A stretch of DNA of 64,000 nt from a virus: the IMG/VR virus record IMGVR_UViG_3300025141_000060, positions 10,991 to 74,990 of that record; one strand, given 5' to 3'. Under the pieces are notes generated by a model. That model searched no databases. It worked only from the letters and a program-made list of their open reading frames with translations, and was not told the DNA's origin. Position 1 is the stretch's first letter; every line of letters starts with the position of its first letter. Both the position numbers and the translations under genes were made by a program. Shown here in pieces: positions 58,767 to 64,000 of this stretch.

Positions 58767-59540
58767 TCACCCCGATCTCTTATTGCTATTTTGCTCTTTA
58801 TTTGTCGGACGATTTAACTTACTAATAGCAGTTCGTAACGCCCTACCAGCACGACCAATCGAAGATCTCTTCCTACCTCTTTTTTTCCGCAGTGCCCTCT
58901 CCTCAGGAGCATCTAATAAAGAAGGTCTTTCACCAGGAGGAACCCTTCTAGATCGAAGCGTCCCCTTACGTTTAAGACTTGCCACTAAATTACGTTTAGC
59001 CTCATCCCATTCCTCACGAGCCCGTTTTGTAGTTTTCACTGATTCAGTATCGAGCCCACTTTCTCTTTCCGCAGCAGTCTGATACTCTCTAGAAGCAACA
59101 TGGTACTTCGCCGCTTCGCCGCTCCTCTCTCTAATGAGTGTTTCATATATTCTTTTGTATGTATTCATATTAATCTCTGTACTTTGGTTCTCTGGGCGAC
59201 CTCGATGCTTCTGCATGCTATTCAACAGCTCCCTGAACCCCGGCACACCTGTTGTTTTGTTTGTAATCCTATTGTAATAAGCTTGAATCTGTGCTCTTTG
59301 AATCCCTGTTAATGAGGGCCGCTTTAAAGCAGCCTGGGCTTTAGCTATTGAAACTTGAACCTCTGAAGATGTTCCTTCCCCAGCATCTGGTTTGTCGTGA
59401 GGTCCAGCACCAAAGCCTCTAGCTTGTCTACGAGGATCTCTTGCTTGTGTAACTTGGGCAAGGTGCCTTTTAGATCGTTGACGCATAGGACCACCTTTAA
59501 CCTCTAATAAAATAGCTTTAATTTTTTTATAAGTATTCAT
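58767..59540 (-). CDS. Basic putative internal protein made of two fused tagged units
   Basis: MNTYKKIKAILLE at the start and MNTYKRIYETLIRE internally (ATG at 59168). Confidence 0.7.
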   Translation of the reverse strand: MNTYKKIKAILLEVKGGPMRQRSKRHLAQVTQARDPRRQARGFGAGPHDKPDAGEGTSSEVQVSIAKAQAALKRPSLTGIQRAQIQAYYNRITNKTTGVPGFRELLNSMQKHRGRPENQSTEINMNTYKRIYETLIRERSGEAAKYHVASREYQTAAERESGLDTESVKTTKRAREEWDEAKRNLVASLKRKGTLRSRRVPPGERPSLLDAPEERALRKKRGRKRSSIGRAGRALRTAISKLNRPTNKEQNSNKRSG

Positions 59541-60025
59541 CTTCCAGTTACCCTACTTATTAATTTTTTTACCCTTCCTACTAGTCCAGGCTTCGTCGGT
59601 GGCTTGTTCTTTTCTGTTGGTTCTCCTCTAAGACGTTGCCCAATCTGAGTTTGCGTTCTCTCCGCATCCGCCGCTAGACGGTCTCGTTTTTTTAGATCCC
59701 GACCTCGCTTGTACTCTGCCGCAGACCCCCCATAAGCCGCAGGGTTGTCGGGATCCCCGCGACCTGGTGTCAGGAAAGGATGGTCTTTTGGAGGATTGGG
59801 ATCGCCCCTCCCTTTGTGGAGCATCTGGTCGATGGTATGGGCACGGGACTCATCCTCAAAGCCTGTCGCTTTGGCGCGAAGCGCGGCGAGAGTGGTTTGG
59901 GGGTGTTCCCTATCTTTTTTAAGCATTCCTGGCTTCTCTCTATACGCATTCCACATCTGTTCTCTTCTTTCTCTTGGTGTTTTAGCTTCGGTTAACAAAT
60001 TATAAATTCTATCGTAGGAGTTCAT
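59537..60025 (-). CDS. Basic putative internal protein
   Basis: MNSYDRIYNLLTE tag. Confidence 0.7.
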   Translation of the reverse strand: MNSYDRIYNLLTEAKTPRERREQMWNAYREKPGMLKKDREHPQTTLAALRAKATGFEDESRAHTIDQMLHKGRGDPNPPKDHPFLTPGRGDPDNPAAYGGSAAEYKRGRDLKKRDRLAADAERTQTQIGQRLRGEPTEKNKPPTKPGLVGRVKKLISRVTGR

Positions 60026-60378
60026 CTTCTTCTCCTTCTAACTTGGATTCCAGCGCGAGCTTTGTCTTCTGGACTACGAGAGGAAGCCGACCCTCGGGCT
60101 CCTCTTATCATTCCTTTTCTAAACCTTTCTCTAGTTTTAGTAGTACCACCCCCATGATGATCCGTGGCTTTTTCGTGCTGACCCAGAAGCGTATCAGCTT
60201 GTTTCCAAGTAATTTCACCTCTTGTTTCGGCCCTACCTGTCTTTTCGCCAGCGTGTTCTGCTCTTTTGCGTAAAACAGAAACTATAGCTTTGCTTTTTTT
60301 CTTTTTACTTTTAGGTGAAGTCTGTTGTGCTAAAGACTCCTCTGTTAGTAGATCATATATTCTTTCGTAAATGTTCAT
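60022..60378 (-). CDS. Basic putative internal protein
   Basis: MNIYERIYDLLTE tag. Confidence 0.7.
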   Translation of the reverse strand: MNIYERIYDLLTEESLAQQTSPKSKKKKSKAIVSVLRKRAEHAGEKTGRAETRGEITWKQADTLLGQHEKATDHHGGGTTKTRERFRKGMIRGARGSASSRSPEDKARAGIQVRRRRR

Positions 60379-60545
60379 TTTTTCTTAGGCTCCTTGTCTA
60401 CGGGTTGCCAAGAGCCTTTTGGTTTTGTTCTTACCAATGTACCATCCTTTGTACGTCTAAAAATCATTCCTGTTAAGGAGTCTGTCTTAAGAGGTCGTTG
60501 TTGCATTTCTACTAATATATTATATATTCTTTCGTATGAGTTCAT
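60375..60545 (-). CDS. Basic putative internal protein, 56 aa (not in ORF track)
   Basis: MNSYERIYNILVEMQQRPLK...KEPKKK*; coupled at both ends. Confidence 0.7.
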   Translation of the reverse strand: MNSYERIYNILVEMQQRPLKTDSLTGMIFRRTKDGTLVRTKPKGSWQPVDKEPKKK

Positions 60546-60724
60546 TACTTACCACCCCTTTTTGTTGTTTTCTTTGTTGTTTTCTTTGATGCAGCAGTAG
60601 GTCTAAACCTCGCTGCCCCAGGATTGAATTCTCTGTACTTCCTAAAGATCCTTTGACCAGCTTCCCACTCCTCGGGAGTTGGTCCTTCTACTAACAAGTT
60701 ATAAATTTTTTCGTATGTATTCAT
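60545..60724 (-). CDS. Basic putative internal protein, 59 aa (not in ORF track)
   Basis: MNTYEKIYNLLVEGPTPEEW...KKTTKKTTKRGGK*. Confidence 0.7.
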   Translation of the reverse strand: MNTYEKIYNLLVEGPTPEEWEAGQRIFRKYREFNPGAARFRPTAASKKTTKKTTKRGGK

Positions 60725-60903
60725 TTTTTTCCTCCAAAAAAGGAGCTAATCGCAGCCCTAAATCTTGTGAGTCTTCGTTGGTTTTTTCTTGTAAATATGC
60801 TCCCCGCCTCTCTATTACGGAGTCTAGCTCGTCTTGCAACACGCGACTCCTCATCGTCATCCTCTTTAATTAACATTTCATAAATTCTATCGTATGAGTT
60901 CAT
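60721..60903 (-). CDS. Basic putative internal protein, 60 aa
   Basis: Likely start MNSYDRIYEMLIKE at 60903. Confidence 0.7.
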   Translation of the reverse strand: MNSYDRIYEMLIKEDDDEESRVARRARLRNREAGSIFTRKNQRRLTRFRAAISSFFGGKK

Positions 60904-60913
60904 ATTATTTTTC

Positions 60914-61375
60914 CTATAACTTTGGTCTACGACCTCTAGGCCAGCCCTGCTTGCTGGCTTTGCTAAGAGCACCTCTCATCATACGACCCACTGGCATCCC
61001 TCCAGGGCGCTTCTCGCGTGGAAGAGCCCTAGTATCGTAATAAGTATCTGTTTTGATTTCTTTTCTTTCTTCTGCGTCATCACCTGCATCCGAAGGTTTC
61101 TCAGCCGCATCTGCTGCCTTTACTCTTCTTGATTTTCCAGGCTTTAATGGCTTTGGATCCTCTAGCTTGTTAGTAGGTTGTGGACCTAATCTTGCTTTCA
61201 CTCTTTTAACTTGAACCTCTGCGTGATGTGTGTCTCTAGCAGGGACATTTGCAGATTTAAGATGCTTTAATTGTTCTTTTCTTTTATGGAGAGCAGCTTG
61301 AATATAACTTCTTCCAGGGGGAGTATCCCCAATCTCACTAATAAAAGCTTCAAAAATTCTTTCGTATGAGTTCAT
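60914..61375 (-). CDS. Basic putative internal protein, first gene of the array
   Basis: Likely start MNSYERIFEAFISE at 61375. Confidence 0.7.
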   Translation of the reverse strand: MNSYERIFEAFISEIGDTPPGRSYIQAALHKRKEQLKHLKSANVPARDTHHAEVQVKRVKARLGPQPTNKLEDPKPLKPGKSRRVKAADAAEKPSDAGDDAEERKEIKTDTYYDTRALPREKRPGGMPVGRMMRGALSKASKQGWPRGRRPKL

Positions 61376-61379
61376 ATAG

Positions 61380-61394
61380 TTATATAGGAGTCCC
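61380..61394 (-). promoter_or_regulatory. Putative late promoter (GGGACTC-CTATATAA)
   Basis: 4 nt upstream of the ATG at 61375; near-identical copy at 62786-62799. Confidence 0.5.
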
Positions 61395-61425
61395 AACATA
61401 TTAGGAGTCCCAAAAAAACTACCTG

Positions 61426-62781
61426 CTAAAGGGGGTATTTGCGTTGTAAGATTTTCGCTAATCTTGATTTATCTAAATCAGATAAAACGCCTTCAAGCAT
61501 CATAACCTCATAGATTATTCCTCTGAAACCGTTTCCCATGGCTGTAGTGTTTCCAGGTTCGGTTTGGCAGGGAGGAGTGCCACCTAAAAAAGCATTTTTA
61601 TCGTGAAACAAAGTCCAATCTCTAAAGGTAGGAGAATAGCTCACTAGTTTTGGAGTGACGAAATCTGATGGGTCTGATATTTGGTTCCCAAAAAGGGTGT
61701 GATCCCAAGCCCCCCCAACAGGAGACATTGCATATAGTTTTACTTTAGGACCCTCGTAATCTCGGTCACTGGCTAGAGGACTTATAGAGGAATCAAATTT
61801 AAGGTGATCCGTATTATCGTATTCAAGTAAAATTGCTTGTAAGCCTTCGTTGGGTTTTCTCATCACCGCCATCCCATTGAAGTTATCCCAGTCACCCGCC
61901 GCACCACCATAACCTAGGTTTGGTGCAAGCACGGGAGGCATTCCTGAGTTTAAATTATTCGGATATGTGGCTTCAGGACCCCAGTTCTGTCTCATAGAAG
62001 CGAGGCTGTATTCATTGTATGTCGAACCATTTCTAAAGTATTGAATACCAAAGTCTTCAGTCTCAGGCCAAGTAAAGCCATTCAAGGGCAACGGATTGGA
62101 TATGGTTGATGTAGGGACGGGTTGTCTACTACACAATAGAGACTGTATGCCATTTGCGAGAGGATTTCCTGTAGTAACATTAACAGGATCTTGATCAATT
62201 ACAAATAAGAAGGTGGCTCCCGTATTTCCGTTCCACTGGCTTCCTCCTGTACCAAACATAGGAGAAGGTACACCGTATGGAACCGTAACAGAAGCCCCAT
62301 CTATTTGCATATATGCAGTTCCTGAAAAATATAATCCTTTTAGCATTTTACCACCATAATCTCTTTCTACCAAAGCAGGGTGCCCCGCGCCCAAGTCCCA
62401 TGCTCTCCATGTCTCGTTGTCGAACCAGTTGTTGCCGTTGAAATCCAGAGGAACAACAGCATCTCCTTGGCCTGGGGCAAGATAAGTATTAGCCCATCTA
62501 CCAACTCTGGAATTCAGATCGACGCTGTGCGTCACCGCAGGGTCAGGCCCTACTTTTGCAGGATCACCACTACTTGTAGTAAAGTTATATCTACCACCAG
62601 CTTCTTCCCAATTGCTCATATAATGAAAAAGGGGTACTCCTAACCAAGTTTTGCTTTGAATGAAATTTAAATCATAAGGATCAGGAGCCCCTGTTATTAA
62701 GGGTGCGCTTGACCCCCTCCCACTTTTTCGTCTTCTTGATGCTGACGTTCCTACTACTGCTGATCCTGTTTTTCCTACCAT
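61426..62781 (-). CDS. LamG/ConA-like lectin-fold protein with a basic N-terminus
   Basis: C-terminal F.G.IYEV....LSD.....L..KY. Confidence 0.6.
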   Translation of the reverse strand: MVGKTGSAVVGTSASRRRKSGRGSSAPLITGAPDPYDLNFIQSKTWLGVPLFHYMSNWEEAGGRYNFTTSSGDPAKVGPDPAVTHSVDLNSRVGRWANTYLAPGQGDAVVPLDFNGNNWFDNETWRAWDLGAGHPALVERDYGGKMLKGLYFSGTAYMQIDGASVTVPYGVPSPMFGTGGSQWNGNTGATFLFVIDQDPVNVTTGNPLANGIQSLLCSRQPVPTSTISNPLPLNGFTWPETEDFGIQYFRNGSTYNEYSLASMRQNWGPEATYPNNLNSGMPPVLAPNLGYGGAAGDWDNFNGMAVMRKPNEGLQAILLEYDNTDHLKFDSSISPLASDRDYEGPKVKLYAMSPVGGAWDHTLFGNQISDPSDFVTPKLVSYSPTFRDWTLFHDKNAFLGGTPPCQTEPGNTTAMGNGFRGIIYEVMMLEGVLSDLDKSRLAKILQRKYPL

Positions 62782-62785
62782 ATAA

Positions 62786-62799
62786 TTATATAGAGTCCC
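62786..62799 (-). promoter_or_regulatory. Putative late promoter (GGGACT-CTATATAA)
   Basis: 4 nt upstream of the ATG at 62781. Confidence 0.5.
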
Positions 62800-63103
62800 G
62801 CAACAATAGGGGGTCCCAAAAACATATTCCGATTTCGTTCAAAATTTTTTTAGAATTTTTTTTAGAATCCGACCTTTTTGAACTTTTAAGATAGTGGGAA
62901 CTATTCCTATTTTTGGGAATTTTGGTATAACAAAAATAAGATGTACCATCTATGGGGGGGCCAAATGGGGAATCCTAGTTAAGAGGGCCTTTATTTTCTG
63001 CCAAACATCTGCAAATAAAGCACTTACGACGGTTGGCTAGGATGACCCAATATAAATCATGAAAAGGAGCTTCGGTTCGCTGAGTTTTGCCCCTTATACT
63101 TAT

Positions 63104-63550
63104 ATGAGAACAGTTCTAGCCTTAGCCCTACTGTGTGCCCCTGCACTCGCCCAATCACCCACCCAAGCCATAGCCTCTAAGGATGGCAAGGCGTGTGCTG
63201 CTATGTTCGATGATGCAATAGCCACCAACATACGCCCTGAGTGTGTGCGTGAGCTTGCACCCATAGTGGCAGCCATACGCTATGCTGAGAATGGTAGGGC
63301 TGGGCGTGAGTATGGCATACTACACCCTAGGGTAGACCCCACCTATCGCTCACAGGCTGGCTGGTGTGCTGCTACTGTTCAAAAGAACTGGGACAGGTGG
63401 CACAAGGCAGGGGCTAAGGGTGAGTTCATCACCTTCCTAGGTGGTAGGTACTGCCCCCTAGATGACCCTAGAGACAAGGACAAGCTCAACAGGCATTGGA
63501 TACCCAATGTAAAGAAATTCAAGAAAAGGTTTGCATACCCCACCAAGTAG
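63104..63550 (+). CDS. Secreted lysozyme-fold (SLT/glucosaminidase-like) protein
   Basis: Signal peptide MRTVLALALLCAPALA; AAIRYAE (catalytic Glu-like); RYCP...N.HW..NV. Confidence 0.55.
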   Translation: MRTVLALALLCAPALAQSPTQAIASKDGKACAAMFDDAIATNIRPECVRELAPIVAAIRYAENGRAGREYGILHPRVDPTYRSQAGWCAATVQKNWDRWHKAGAKGEFITFLGGRYCPLDDPRDKDKLNRHWIPNVKKFKKRFAYPTK

Positions 63551-63559
63551 TGGTATAAT
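63531..63559 (+). promoter_or_regulatory. Sigma70-type promoter with extended -10
   Basis: TTGCAT-17 nt-(TGG)TATAAT; ATG follows 6 nt later. Confidence 0.8.
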
Positions 63560-63565
63560 ATACAC

Positions 63566-63796
63566 ATGAAACGAACACTCATCATCAGCACTCTTCCCTC
63601 AGACCCTAAGGGTAAATGCTCTGTGACCATTTCACAGGACAACCGAGTAGTGCATACTGTGGATGTGGTCAACTTCGGCCTCGCCATCACTAACATCATG
63701 CAGGAGTGGGGATGCACTACCATCAGGTACACCCCCAGAGCCAAGAGAAAATTTCTTGGAAAATGGTCTTGCACTTCCTCTTCCCTTTTGGTATAA
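63566..63796 (+). CDS. Small early hypothetical protein (leaderless)
   Basis: 76 aa directly after the promoter. Confidence 0.6.
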   Translation: MKRTLIISTLPSDPKGKCSVTISQDNRVVHTVDVVNFGLAITNIMQEWGCTTIRYTPRAKRKFLGKWSCTSSSLLV

Positions 63797-63797
63797 T
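63769..63797 (+). promoter_or_regulatory. Sigma70-type promoter with extended -10
   Basis: TTGCAC-17 nt-(TGG)TATAAT; ATG follows 6 nt later. Confidence 0.8.
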
Positions 63798-63803
63798 AGA
63801 CGC

Positions 63804-64000
63804 ATGACCAAGAACGACTACACCGCAGAGATGGGCTTCATCCTTGGAGATGCCATCTCAGAATTCGAGGAGTGCGCGGTCCTCGACGCTATGGCTGACG
63901 AGACAGAGATGACCGAGGAGGTTGTCGATGACTGGTATCAAACTCTCTTGGACCAAGCTCTCGCCTATGAAGAGCGTGAGGCTTGGGCTGATTTCTGGAA
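63804..64000 (+). CDS. Very acidic small early protein, running to the window edge
   Basis: MTKNDYTAEMGFILGDAISEFEECAVLDAMADETEMTEEVVDDWYQTLLDQALAYEEREAWADFW... Confidence 0.65.
   Translation, partial: MTKNDYTAEMGFILGDAISEFEECAVLDAMADETEMTEEVVDDWYQTLLDQALAYEEREAWADFW

Noticed and set aside
58441-59082. 213-aa plus-strand ORF and the many other short antisense or nested ORFs in the track
   Set aside because: They overlap well-supported genes on the opposite strand or in another frame and show no recognisable motifs.
1-64000. Genome-wide stop codon reassignment (UGA=Trp/Gly or UAG=Gln)
   Set aside because: Long genes are intact under code 11 and TGA terminates many coupled genes (ATGA overlaps), so the PAAR UGA must be site-specific.
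1-64000. tRNA genes (including tRNA-Sec), selD, major capsid, sheath and tube genes
   Set aside because: None recognised by eye in this window; they may lie elsewhere, and tRNAscan-SE/Secmarker would be needed to exclude tRNAs.

Overview
This window is the virion-morphogenesis (late) region of a large, AT-rich, T4-like contractile-tailed phage, with most genes on the minus strand. It encodes a terminase large subunit, a gp20-type portal, a baseplate/tail module (gp25-, gp6-, gp7/gpI-, gp53-, hub-, spike- and tape-measure-like genes) and tail fibre/spike proteins. It also carries a primase, a UvsW-like helicase, a Cas4-like nuclease and a glycosyltransferase. Near 63 kb the strand and base composition switch, and an early-like region with sigma70 promoters and leaderless genes begins. 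The main finding is missing from the ORF track: a complete PAAR spike-tip gene (56968-57255, minus) with an in-frame UGA where homologues carry Cys. A 17-nt hairpin begins 11 nt after the UGA, matching the geometry of a bacterial SECIS, so this is a candidate phage structural selenoprotein. Directly downstream is a 17-codon ORF with a Cys-UGA motif and its own SECIS-like hairpin. Other notable items are a CxPxR sulfatase fused to a tail-associated domain, four paralogous metzincin proteases, an array of basic proteins sharing a T4-CTS-like N-terminal tag, and a -1 frameshift in the baseplate hub/chaperone gene. All assignments come from motif recognition by eye; no searches were run.
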